32,000 nucleotides of DNA from Ruminococcus albus 7 = DSM 20455 (GCF_000179635.2 NC_014833.1:1200001-1232000); one strand, 5' to 3'. Shown: positions 8,072-16,878, counted from the stretch's first letter. Translations and numbers: made by a program. Notes: generated by a model not told the origin, from the letters alone.

Positions 8072-8956
8072 TCAGACCTCCTGAAATTCGTCAATGAAAC
8101 GCTGTGCTAAATCTGCCAGCTCTCCGCTCCTTTCGGGCTGATGTGAAAGATAGGTCACTATCAGCTCTTTTTCGGGGCACACTACACATCGCTGCCCCCA
8201 TTTGCCGCTTATGGCAAAGGTATTGTCATTTACCCACAGAAAGTATCCGTAGCCGCCTTTTCCGGTATTGACACGGGCAGTGGCAGCTTCACGGACAAGT
8301 TCTTTCGGGATAAGCTGTTCACCATGCCATGAACCCTCCTGCATGAGAAGCTGTCCCAGTCGCGCAAGCTGACTTACAGTGAGCTCCATACCCGTCGCAC
8401 CGTAAAAATGCCCCTCGGGAGAGGTCTGATAAACGGGTCTGCCCCAGCCGAGAGGTTCAAAAAGCCGAGGACGAAGGTATTCTGCCAGCGGCATACCCAC
8501 AGCGTTTTCACAGGCTGCACTTACAAGATAGGCAGGTATATTTGAGTAGTGAAAGCCCCTGTCGCTGTAATCTACAGGCAGGCGAAGTATGTTTTCCAGC
8601 CAGTCAGCCTCATTTGGTTCTTCAATAAGGGAGCTGACCTCCTGCGGACGAAAAGGGTAAGGCGCTGATGTCATGGTCATGAAGTCGCGGAATGTCAGTG
8701 CCCTGAACGGATCAGGGACGATATCTGAATATTTTTTATCCAGATATTTGTACAGCTTATCTGAGATATCCAGCCTGCCTTCACCTTGTGCCATGAGCAC
8801 AGCAGCTGAAGTTACCGACTTTGTGGCAGAGTAGACAGGGTAACATTTATCCTCGCTAAAGCAGCGCTTCAGTACTGTCTTTCCGTGAAAGGATATCTCA
8901 GCACAGTGCAGCGCGATGCCTGCAGCAGCGGTGCTTTCAATAAATCTATCAAACAT
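8072..8956 (-). CDS. Serine hydrolase / beta-lactamase-family (class C-like, PBP4*-type) protein
   Basis: 294 aa. S-x-x-K motif SATKS is near the N-terminus. No signal peptide. The stop lies 2 nt before the fruK start. Confidence 0.75.
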   Translation of the reverse strand: MFDRFIESTAAAGIALHCAEISFHGKTVLKRCFSEDKCYPVYSATKSVTSAAVLMAQGEGRLDISDKLYKYLDKKYSDIVPDPFRALTFRDFMTMTSAPYPFRPQEVSSLIEEPNEADWLENILRLPVDYSDRGFHYSNIPAYLVSAACENAVGMPLAEYLRPRLFEPLGWGRPVYQTSPEGHFYGATGMELTVSQLARLGQLLMQEGSWHGEQLIPKELVREAATARVNTGKGGYGYFLWVNDNTFAISGKWGQRCVVCPEKELIVTYLSHQPERSGELADLAQRFIDEFQEV

Positions 8957-8987
8957 TGTTTTCCTCCGGATACTGTATTACAAAATG

Positions 8988-9016
8988 ATTATACCCCTTT
9001 TTATGCATTAAGTCAA
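8988..9016 (-). promoter_or_regulatory. Sigma-A-type promoter of the hydrolase-fruK operon
   Basis: Minus strand reads TTGACT (9016-9011) - 17 nt - TATAAT (8993-8988). Confidence 0.55.
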
Positions 9017-9078
9017 GTAGCAGGTGAATGGTTAACATATTGTGCAAAAGCTGGTTAAAATTTAAGCAGTATAATATA

Positions 9079-9107
9079 TTGACGGATATTTGATCCGATG
9101 ATATAAT
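9079..9107 (+). promoter_or_regulatory. Sigma-A-type promoter of the alpha-galactosidase gene
   Basis: TTGACG (9079-9084) - 17 nt - TATAAT (9102-9107). Confidence 0.55.
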
Positions 9108-9143
9108 TAAGCAGTAATGGATCTAATGAACGGAGGTATCGCT

Positions 9144-10403
9144 ATGATAGTAAAAACACCGCCTATGGGCTGGAACAGCTGGGACTGCTACGGAGCATCT
9201 GTAGATGAGAAAACGGTGCGCCGTAATGCCGAGTATATAGCTGAAAACCTTAAACAGTACGGATGGGAGTACGTTGTGGTCGATATACAGTGGTATGAGC
9301 CGAAGGCTAAGAGCCATGAATACAACCATTTTACCGAGCTTTGTATGGATGAATATTCACGCCTTATCCCTGATGAAGGCAGATTCCCGTCATCAGCAGG
9401 AGGCAAAGGATTTGCTCCGCTTGCGGAATATGTCCATTCTTTAGGACTTAAATTCGGTATACATATCATGCGCGGTATACCAATACAGGCTGTCCACAGG
9501 AACACTGCTCTGCTTGGGACGGATAAGACCGCACGCGAGATAGCCAAGATGAACAGTATATGCGCGTGGAATACTGATATGTACGGTGTTGACCCCGACA
9601 AGGATGGTGCAGAGGAATACTACAAGAGCATTTTTGCATTGTATGCAGAATGGGGAGTAGATTTCATCAAGTGCGATGATATCTGCCGTGAACTACCCCA
9701 TGAGGAAAGCGAGCTTATTATGCTGAGCAAATGCCTGAGAAGCTGCGGCAGGGATATGGTGCTGAGCCTTTCACCCGGTCCCGCTCTGCTTGAAAAGTCC
9801 GAGGTATATAAGCAGACCGCTGATATGTGGCGCATCACTGACGATTTCTGGGATAACTGGGAGTCGCTGTACAATATGTTTGAAAGGTGTGAAAAATGGA
9901 GCATACACAGCGGCTCGGGACATTACCCTGATGCCGATATGCTGCCTGTTGGAGCTATATTGCAGGATTACAGTCCGGAAAACAGGACTAAATTTACTGA
10001 GGACGAGCAGCGCACTATGATGACCTTGTGGAGTATTTTCCGTTCTCCTCTGATGATAGGCGGTGAGCTGACAAAGAACGATAAGTTCACTCTTGGTCTG
10101 CTGACGAATGCAGGTATCATCGGTATGAATAAGCTCTCACGTCATGCACACATGGTATGGCGCAGGGATATCGGCGGCAGTGAGCATATTCTCTGGACGG
10201 CTGTAAACGCAGAAGACGGTCAGTACGCAGCGGTATTCAACTCAGGTGAAAATGCAGGCTGCTTTGAACTTGATCTTGCAGATCTGGAGATATATGAACC
10301 TGTAAGCTGCACCGAGCTGTGGACCGGCAGTATAAAAGAAAATATCCGCAGCATCCATATTGACCTTCCGCCTCACGGTGCGGCGGCTTATATTATTAAA
10401 TAA
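9144..10403 (+). CDS. Glycoside hydrolase family 27 alpha-galactosidase (melibiase-like), cytoplasmic
   Basis: MIVKTPPMGWNSWDCYG... and DFIKCDD (nucleophile region) are GH27 signatures. No signal peptide. I prefer the ATG at 9144 (GGAGGT RBS 6 nt upstream). The ORF-track ATG at 9117 sits only ~10 nt after the -10 box. Confidence 0.85.
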   Translation: MIVKTPPMGWNSWDCYGASVDEKTVRRNAEYIAENLKQYGWEYVVVDIQWYEPKAKSHEYNHFTELCMDEYSRLIPDEGRFPSSAGGKGFAPLAEYVHSLGLKFGIHIMRGIPIQAVHRNTALLGTDKTAREIAKMNSICAWNTDMYGVDPDKDGAEEYYKSIFALYAEWGVDFIKCDDICRELPHEESELIMLSKCLRSCGRDMVLSLSPGPALLEKSEVYKQTADMWRITDDFWDNWESLYNMFERCEKWSIHSGSGHYPDADMLPVGAILQDYSPENRTKFTEDEQRTMMTLWSIFRSPLMIGGELTKNDKFTLGLLTNAGIIGMNKLSRHAHMVWRRDIGGSEHILWTAVNAEDGQYAAVFNSGENAGCFELDLADLEIYEPVSCTELWTGSIKENIRSIHIDLPPHGAAAYIIK

Positions 10404-10505
10404 TATGGTTATCACACTGACACACTATGTTTCATTGTTATATATCACTTTGGTGGTGTGTTAAATGGGTAGCTTATTTATATAATATCCGGCTTTTTGA
10501 TAAAG

Positions 10506-10545
10506 GCTTTGCGTACCTTTGGTGTGCAAAGCTTTTGCTTTTTTT
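10506..10545 (+). terminator. Rho-independent terminator after the alpha-galactosidase gene
   Basis: GCTTTGCGTACC-tttg-GGTGTGCAAAGC (two G.T pairs), followed by TTTTGCTTTTTTT. Confidence 0.7.
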
Positions 10546-10599
10546 GTACGTCTGAATATCCACTGTCCAAAAAAATTCATACTAAATTTCAAAAACCTC

Positions 10600-10628
10600 T
10601 TGAAATTTGAAAAAATCTGTGTTATAAT
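10600..10628 (+). promoter_or_regulatory. Sigma-A-type promoter of nrdR with an extended -10
   Basis: TTGAAA (10600-10605) - 17 nt - TATAAT (10623-10628), preceded by TGT. Confidence 0.55.
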
Positions 10629-10681
10629 GTATTTTAGAGAAAAAAAACGTACTTCATCAAATCGGAATAGGAGTTTTATTT

Positions 10682-11128
10682 ATGAGATGTCCCTTTTGCA
10701 GTTATGAGGATACAAGAGTAATAGATTCACGTCCGAGTGAGGGCAAAAAGCGCAGAAGGCGTGAGTGTCCAAAGTGCGGCAGACGCTTCACCACATATGA
10801 GGTGGTTGAGAAGCCGCTGCTGATGGTATACAAAAAAGACGGCTCTTTTGAGCCTTTTGACAGGCAGAAGCTGATAAAGGGTCTTCAGAATGCTATAAAA
10901 AAGCGTCCTGTCAGTGTTGAACAGGTTACTAATCTGGTCGATGATATAGAAAACACATACGCAAACAAGATGCAGACAGAAACTACCACCGGTGAGATAG
11001 GCGATATGGTACTCAGCGGACTCAAAAAGCTGGATAATGTTGCTTATGTTCGCTTTGCATCTGTGTATAAGGATTTCAATGATGTCGATTCATTTATACA
11101 GATAATCTCTGAACTATCCGAAAAATGA
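10682..11128 (+). CDS. nrdR: Transcriptional repressor NrdR (zinc ribbon + ATP-cone)
   Basis: MRCPFCSYEDTRVIDSRPSE...CPKCGRRFTTYE zinc ribbon followed by an ATP-cone. 148 aa, the typical NrdR length. Confidence 0.95.
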   Translation: MRCPFCSYEDTRVIDSRPSEGKKRRRRECPKCGRRFTTYEVVEKPLLMVYKKDGSFEPFDRQKLIKGLQNAIKKRPVSVEQVTNLVDDIENTYANKMQTETTTGEIGDMVLSGLKKLDNVAYVRFASVYKDFNDVDSFIQIISELSEK

Positions 11129-11178
11129 TGACCCGCAATAAATAAGTTTTCTCATAAAACTCAAATATAAGACCGATG

Positions 11179-11211
11179 AACGCCCTGCATATAACAATGC
11201 GGGGCGTTTGT
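11179..11211. terminator. Bidirectional terminator between nrdR and the convergent EamA gene
   Basis: AACGCCCTGCAT-ataaca-ATGCGGGGCGTT (one G.T pair), followed by TG and a T-containing tail. Confidence 0.55.
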
Positions 11212-11241
11212 CGTCGTTGCAGGATATTTGATGCGTAAGCT

Positions 11242-12126
11242 TTATTCTGCTTTTTTATCGGCAGATAAAAGCTGTGCTGCCAGTACGGCTGAAAATACAA
11301 GCGCACATCCGCATATCTCACGCGGAGAAAGTTTTTCGTTAAGTATCACCCAGCCTGAAAGTGCTGCAAATACCGATTCCAGACTCATAAGCATAGTTGC
11401 CCGTGCAGGTTCTGTCTGCCGCTGACCGAGTATCTGCAAGGTGTAGGCAACGCCGCAGGACATTATGCCCGTGTAAAGTATAGTCAGCTTTGCATCGGAT
11501 ATTGACGAAAGCACAGGCTTTTCAAATATGAACATACATATCAGCATTATAGTACCTGCTGTAAAAAATTGTAAACAAGCCATGACCATGCCGTCTGCAC
11601 CCATATCATTGAATTTGTCGATCACCATGATATGAACAGCAAAAAATACCGCCCCCGCAAGCACCAGAAGGTCACCCACGGATACTGCAAAGTCTTCCTT
11701 TATGCACAGCAGGTAGAAGCCTGCCAGTGCACCTGCGGCACATATCCAGATGACAGACCTCGGGCGTTTGCCAAGAAAAAGCCCAAGTACAGGTACTATT
11801 ATTATGTAAAGTGCAGTCACGAAGCCTGCCTTGCCTGCGGTGGTCATGATTATACCTGCCTGCTGCAGTGAACTTGCTGCGAACAGTACTGTACCGCATA
11901 GGATCCCGCCTTTGACGGTTGTTTTTGACGGTGTGTTTTTTTGTGTGCTTTTGCTCCGCCTGAAAAGTGCTATCACGGGTATGAGAACTATCCCGCCAAG
12001 CAAAGTACGCAGAGCATTATACGTGAATGGCCCGATGTAGTCCATGCCCTTGCTTTGTGCCACAAAAGCCGTACCCCAGATAAGGGCAGTGATGATCAGC
12101 ATTATACTGCCTTTTAAGTTTTTCAA
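11242..12126 (-). CDS. EamA/DMT-superfamily transporter (10 TM)
   Basis: Two EamA-type halves, hydrophobic throughout. The proposed start is TTG at 12126 (MKNLKGSIMLIITALIWGTAF), with GGGAGAAGGA upstream. The ORF-track ATG at 12198 lies upstream of the predicted promoter and inside the neighbour's terminator hairpin. Confidence 0.8.
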   Translation of the reverse strand: MKNLKGSIMLIITALIWGTAFVAQSKGMDYIGPFTYNALRTLLGGIVLIPVIALFRRSKSTQKNTPSKTTVKGGILCGTVLFAASSLQQAGIIMTTAGKAGFVTALYIIIVPVLGLFLGKRPRSVIWICAAGALAGFYLLCIKEDFAVSVGDLLVLAGAVFFAVHIMVIDKFNDMGADGMVMACLQFFTAGTIMLICMFIFEKPVLSSISDAKLTILYTGIMSCGVAYTLQILGQRQTEPARATMLMSLESVFAALSGWVILNEKLSPREICGCALVFSAVLAAQLLSADKKAE

Positions 12127-12157
12127 ATTATCCTTCTCCCTGTTATTGATGAGATTA

Positions 12158-12186
12158 ATTATACCACCTTTCTGACTGCTTTGCAA
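12158..12186 (-). promoter_or_regulatory. Sigma-A-type promoter of the EamA gene
   Basis: Minus strand reads TTGCAA (12186-12181) - 17 nt - TATAAT (12163-12158). Confidence 0.55.
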
Positions 12187-12195
12187 GTGTAGGGT

Positions 12196-12228
12196 CAAAA
12201 TAAGAGTGCTGTTTTTTTCAGCACTCTT
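12196..12228 (-). terminator. Rho-independent terminator of the HD-GYP sensor gene
   Basis: Perfect 10-bp stem AAGAGTGCTG-ttttttt-CAGCACTCTT (12202-12228). On the minus strand it is followed by ATTTTG. Confidence 0.7.
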
Positions 12229-12243
12229 ACGTATGATATCAGT

Positions 12244-15200
12244 TTATGCCTTTCGGACTGCCTCTTTGTCAAGACGTTTGTGTATGTTGTCGATATCCTC
12301 GGTAGTTCCGCCGCCCTCATCATCAGGTGCGCGGAATTCACCTTTTTCTACCAGCCGCAGAAAAGCATCAACAACATCTTCTGTCAGCTGGGTGCCTCTG
12401 ACTTCTTTCATGATAGATACAGCCTTATCGAAGTTCATTCGCTTTCGGTACGGTCTGTCAGAATACATGGCATCAAAGGTATCGGCAACTGCGATTATCT
12501 GTGCTACACGTGGTATCTCATCGCCCTTGAGTCCCTTGGGGTAGCCCTTGCCGTCTGGACGCTCATGGTGTGCCCCCGCACCTATGGCAAGCTCCGGCAT
12601 TATGCTGATATCTTTCAGCGTATTGTATCCAAGCGCAGAGTGTGATTTGATTATCTTGAACTCGTTATCGGTGAGTTTGCCGGGCTTGTTGAGCACCTCG
12701 GCAGGTACACCTACTTTGCCTATATCGTGCAGAAGGGCGATGTTGTAGTACTTCTCGATGGTTTCTTCGTCGAGCCCCAGCTCACGGGCAAGCATCATGG
12801 TGTATTCTGCTACGCGTGAGGAATGTCCGTTGGTGTATTTGTCCTTCATATCTATAACTTTAGCGAAGGCTTCGACTATCTCACGGATGAGCTGCTTCTG
12901 TTCTTTTTCCTTTTTGAGGAAACGCTCAGTCCTGCGGCCGATATAAAGCTTTATCAGCAGAACTATCACGGTGAGCATAACGGCAAGACATAGCAGCATG
13001 AACCAGATGTGTTCGTATATAGCCTTCTTTTTTATTATATTTATGACCTTCTCCTTGACTCCTGTTCCACTCGGATCCTTTATCTGCATAACAAAACGGT
13101 ATGTACCGCCGCGAAGATTGGTGTAATCCACAGGTGCAAGTTCGCTTCTCTTTACTGTGACAGGCTGTTTGTCAAAACCTTCAAGGCAGTAGGTTATCTG
13201 AGGATTTATAAGCGAATAGTTATAGGCGTAACTGTATATGGTGAGCTTTTTGACATTTGATGGTATAACGATGTTTCCGTTTTCATCGGGATATATCATT
13301 TCTCCGTCAGCCTCAGCGTAGGGAACTGAGAGCTTTATGCGGTTGACATCGTTAAATTCCTTTTCTATGTTGACCTTAGCCACACCTGTTGTGCCTGAGA
13401 TATACAGGTCTCCGTCTGCGGTAAGCTCGCTGTATGAATTTGAAGTAGTTATGCAGTGAAGACCGTTGTCCCTTCCGTAATATATCGGAGAGATATCTTC
13501 GTTGGCGAGCAGAGTATCTACATCTTCAACGTATACGCCGTTGCTGCTTAGTATCCACATATCGCCGCGGCTGTTTTCGTACAGGTCGAAATTGTTTGAA
13601 TATGGGAATTTTCTTATGGTGGTGATATTGTAGTCAGCATCCATGTATGCCAGGGAATTGCTGGTAACTATCCAATATATCTCCTTCGTTCTGTCCTTCT
13701 TGATACGCATGATGACATCTGAGTTAAGCCCGTCATCAATGCCAAGATGGGTGGTCGAGCTTTCATCTATGACGAATATCCCTCCGCCGTCTGTGCCGAG
13801 TATGATATCACCGTTTTCGGCTGAGGCGGCTGTAAGTATCTCGGTATTGCTTATGCCGTCGCTCTCGTCGTATACCTTGGTGATCTTATCATCCTTTATT
13901 ATCGCTGCACCGCCTGTGTATATTGCGATGAATGATCCGTCTGCCCTTTCGATAACTGTTCTGACGCGGCTTGATGGAAGACCGTCTTTTTCTGTGAATT
14001 TAATCAGCTTGCCCTTGTCGTACCGAAGAAGTCCCTGTTCACCGAAGGTGGAGAACCAGAGCCTGTTTTTGCTGTCACGTATTATCGAGCGTATCTTGCA
14101 GCCCTGCAGCAGCCTGATAAGATCGCTGTCATTGAATATTTCACCCGAAGCACTTCTCGATGATGTAATGGGAAGTGTATCCACTTTTTTTCCGTTTGTA
14201 AGTACCAGCAGTCCGCTGTTCTTTGTGCCGATGAACAGCTTTCCGTCTGTCGCACAGGTGGAGTATACTACCTCTGTATCCAGCTTGTATTTTTCAAAAA
14301 TATCAGTGAACTGATTGGGTACTATCTTCATGACTCCCTGCTGTGAGGATACGAACCACAGGTTTTTCTGATAGTCGGTCATCATGCCTTCGACAGAGTT
14401 GTTGAATGGGGTATTCTCTATCTGTGTGAACTTTCCGTTTTCCACAAAGCCTATGCCGCTGTCAGTGCATACCCACAGCATATCACCGGTGGCAGACATT
14501 GAATTGATATATCCCAGCGGTGATATATCTGTAGGTGATACATTACTGAATCCTTTTTCAAGCTCGCCGTGATATATCTCCGAACCCTTTGTGCCGACGT
14601 ATATATACCCTGCACGCAAAGGGTCGGGGAGTATTGTATGTATATCCTCGACTCCCAGCTTTTCAGCATCACAGAAGCTTTTAAGCCTTTTATCCTTTAG
14701 TGTGAACACTGCACCGTCCAGAGTAATACCGTATATTATACCGTCTATGCCTTTTTCAAGCATACGTATATACTCATTGTTCAGCTGGGGTTCATCTATG
14801 ATCGTCAGATCACCGTTTGTATCTATAAGTGCTGCACCCTGTGTAGTACCGAGATATATGTTGCCGTCGCTATCCTCTGCAATAGAGCGAATCGACAGTG
14901 AACGCAGACCATTGTCCTTGTTGTACATCTTGAATGTTCCGTTTTCCATAACAGCAGCACCGCTGTCATTGGTTCCTATCCACAATCTGTCCTTTGAATC
15001 TACGAATAGCTTCACAACGCTGGCTATACCTGTTGTTGAATCTATACGCTCGAAGGTATTGCCGTCATATCGTATAAGTCCGCTGTAGCTGCCTATCCAG
15101 ATAAATCCCTCGCTGGTCTCGACGATATCATTTGCTTCCGAAGTTGGAAGCCCCGAGGTGTTGTCGTACAGCACTGCCGAATAACCGTCGCCTTTGCCTG

Positions 15201-15354
15201 TCGGGTCTACTGAAAGTTCTTCTGCGGGAGAAAGTGCATCACCGCCGGTGTGCAGAACTACAGTGGACGGTACAGCTGTCAGCATCAATGCAGAAGCTAT
15301 AATACAAAGCATTTTTTTTGATATACTTTTTATCACGCTGGATATGATCTTCAT
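12244..15354 (-). CDS. Transmembrane sensor: extracytoplasmic two-component-regulator propeller repeats + Y_Y_Y-like module, one TM helix, cytoplasmic HD-GYP domain (c-di-GMP phosphodiesterase)
   Basis: N-terminal signal/anchor. Repeated propeller blades are visible (IWIGSYSGLIRYDG, LWIGTNDSGAAVMENG, LWFSTFGEQGLLRYDKG, MWILSSNGVYVEDV and others). TM helix is IWFMLLCLAVMLTVIVLLIKLYI (~12941-13012). HD-GYP motifs are LLHDIGK and HHERPDGKGYP (12538-12570). I prefer the ATG at 15354 (GGGGAGAG RBS 8 nt upstream) over the GTG at 15363. Confidence 0.88.
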   Translation of the reverse strand: MKIISSVIKSISKKMLCIIASALMLTAVPSTVVLHTGGDALSPAEELSVDPTGKGDGYSAVLYDNTSGLPTSEANDIVETSEGFIWIGSYSGLIRYDGNTFERIDSTTGIASVVKLFVDSKDRLWIGTNDSGAAVMENGTFKMYNKDNGLRSLSIRSIAEDSDGNIYLGTTQGAALIDTNGDLTIIDEPQLNNEYIRMLEKGIDGIIYGITLDGAVFTLKDKRLKSFCDAEKLGVEDIHTILPDPLRAGYIYVGTKGSEIYHGELEKGFSNVSPTDISPLGYINSMSATGDMLWVCTDSGIGFVENGKFTQIENTPFNNSVEGMMTDYQKNLWFVSSQQGVMKIVPNQFTDIFEKYKLDTEVVYSTCATDGKLFIGTKNSGLLVLTNGKKVDTLPITSSRSASGEIFNDSDLIRLLQGCKIRSIIRDSKNRLWFSTFGEQGLLRYDKGKLIKFTEKDGLPSSRVRTVIERADGSFIAIYTGGAAIIKDDKITKVYDESDGISNTEILTAASAENGDIILGTDGGGIFVIDESSTTHLGIDDGLNSDVIMRIKKDRTKEIYWIVTSNSLAYMDADYNITTIRKFPYSNNFDLYENSRGDMWILSSNGVYVEDVDTLLANEDISPIYYGRDNGLHCITTSNSYSELTADGDLYISGTTGVAKVNIEKEFNDVNRIKLSVPYAEADGEMIYPDENGNIVIPSNVKKLTIYSYAYNYSLINPQITYCLEGFDKQPVTVKRSELAPVDYTNLRGGTYRFVMQIKDPSGTGVKEKVINIIKKKAIYEHIWFMLLCLAVMLTVIVLLIKLYIGRRTERFLKKEKEQKQLIREIVEAFAKVIDMKDKYTNGHSSRVAEYTMMLARELGLDEETIEKYYNIALLHDIGKVGVPAEVLNKPGKLTDNEFKIIKSHSALGYNTLKDISIMPELAIGAGAHHERPDGKGYPKGLKGDEIPRVAQIIAVADTFDAMYSDRPYRKRMNFDKAVSIMKEVRGTQLTEDVVDAFLRLVEKGEFRAPDDEGGGTTEDIDNIHKRLDKEAVRKA

Positions 15355-15495
15355 TATGCTCACTCTCCCCGGTGATACTGACAGCAGTTGCTTATATGTT
15401 GGAATGCGATATTTACCTGTTGTCAGGATCTGTATAAGTACTATCCGACTTATGACTATGATTTTTCCTTAATTTTACTGTTTTGTTATTTATAT

Positions 15496-16721
15496 TTACT
15501 TAATACAGAGTACATGAATTATTTATATATATGATATCACATTCTCATGTATATTGTCAATAGTATAAATACAAAAATCACCCTCGAAATCATCTGCGGC
15601 TCCATAAGACATTCAAACATAAGTTTGGATATGGCGGCTTTAGAATTGTTCCGATTTTTAAAGTTCTTGATTAAATTTATCGCAGCTTTTCTGAACATAT
15701 TCAGGCATTGCTGAACGTCTTTGTTTTCGACTCTGCACCAATCTTCTTCAAAATGAACATCAAGCAGCCAGTGCATTGACTCAACCGACCATTCCATTCT
15801 TGCATGATGAAGGAGCTGTTCCGCTGTCATTTCGCGGCTTGAAAGGTAATAGTGCCATTCGCTCGAAGTGCCTTTTTTCGTTGAAAACTCAGTATGAATG
15901 GCTCCTATGCACTTCAGATTTTTCCACTCTTTTTTCTGTTCCAGCCAGTTGATATCTGTTGTTACATACGCTGTCCTTGTTTCAACTCTGCCACGGTTTT
16001 TCTCCGTTCTTGAAACTGTTTGCATAGTGTCTCTGAGAGAACTGTCCTGCACATAATCCTCGATATCTTTCTTCAAATTTGGGTGATTATCCTTAACGCA
16101 AAGCAGATAATCTGCCTTTTGTTTTACGATAATCTCAGCAGTTTCTTTCTGACAGTTCAGTGCATCCGCAACAACTATATTACCCTTTATTTTCAGTTCT
16201 TTCAGAAGCTCCTGCACCGCAGGTATCTCGTTGCTTTTATCGTCCGTGCTGCGTTGTGCCAGGGTCAATCCAAGTTCGCATACCTGTGCGCTGATGATGT
16301 GCAGAGGACTTTCGATCTTACTCATTTTAAGTGTCGAACAAACAGTTTTCCCGTCAAGAGAGATCGTCATACTTTTGGACTTTTCGGGCATGAATGAATA
16401 GACCCAATCCGCAAAACAGCGGTTGAGCGATTCGGGCTTGACATATTTCAGCAGGCTCAATATCCAATAATAGCAAGGGACATGATCGATTCCGAATTTC
16501 TCCTTTAAGAATTCGCTTACTCTGTCATTTGTCGCCCATTGATGAATCTGATGAATGTTTCTAAGTCCACAGATACTTCCAAGAATTGCTATTGTAATGA
16601 TATCGGGGATACTGCAAAAATAGCCGTCATATTCCTCATATAATTCAATATCTTCAAAATACTCGGTTATTCCATTATTCATGCCTATATTATATCATTT
16701 TCCAGGTGCTCTGTCCAGTAA
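15496..16721 (-). mobile_element. ISAs1-family insertion sequence (boundaries tentative)
   Basis: One intact ISAs1-type transposase gene. It is flanked by weak imperfect terminal inverted repeats: TTACT-taat-ACAGAGTAC (15496-15513) and the reverse complement of 16706-16721, TTACT-gg-ACAGAGCAC. The ~1.2-kb size fits the family. I could not identify a target-site duplication. Confidence 0.5.
15537..16682 (-). CDS. ISAs1-family transposase (DDE_Tnp_1 with N-terminal associated domain)
   Basis: 381 aa. Family-typical blocks are IPDIITIAILGSICG, ISLDGKTVCST, VVADALNCQKETAEIIV..ADYLLCVKDNHPNL and WSVESMHWLLDVHFEEDWCRV. Confidence 0.9.
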   Translation of the reverse strand: MNNGITEYFEDIELYEEYDGYFCSIPDIITIAILGSICGLRNIHQIHQWATNDRVSEFLKEKFGIDHVPCYYWILSLLKYVKPESLNRCFADWVYSFMPEKSKSMTISLDGKTVCSTLKMSKIESPLHIISAQVCELGLTLAQRSTDDKSNEIPAVQELLKELKIKGNIVVADALNCQKETAEIIVKQKADYLLCVKDNHPNLKKDIEDYVQDSSLRDTMQTVSRTEKNRGRVETRTAYVTTDINWLEQKKEWKNLKCIGAIHTEFSTKKGTSSEWHYYLSSREMTAEQLLHHARMEWSVESMHWLLDVHFEEDWCRVENKDVQQCLNMFRKAAINLIKNFKNRNNSKAAISKLMFECLMEPQMISRVIFVFILLTIYMRM

Positions 16722-16842
16722 TTTGTACAATCTGAAATATAAATGTAACTTTTGAAACCTGATTTTTTGAAAATTGATTTCCGTGTACAAAAATAGTGGA
16801 CTGTCTATAATATGTTTGATAGGGTCTTAATAATAAAGAGAT

Positions 16843-16878
16843 CACCCGCTCGTCTTGATGTACGCAAGAGAGCGGGTG
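16843..16878 (-). terminator. Terminator hairpin after the heptad-repeat gene
   Basis: CACCCGCTC...GAGCGGGTG with an extended imperfect inner stem. On the minus strand it is followed by a T-rich stretch (CTCTTTATTATT). Confidence 0.5.

Noticed and set aside
10408-10460. NrdR-box-like AT-rich strings (ACACACTATGT..., TTATATATCAC) between the alpha-galactosidase gene and nrdR.
   Set aside because: They do not form the 16-bp palindrome acaCwAtATaTwGtgt or the usual tandem pair. They lie upstream of a terminator rather than at an nrd promoter.
13643-15088. Plus-strand ORFs 13643..14314 and 14591..15088 inside the propeller sensor gene.
   Set aside because: They are S/P/I-rich antisense translations of a repeat-containing gene. 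There are no start signals, and the minus-strand ORF carries clear domain motifs throughout.
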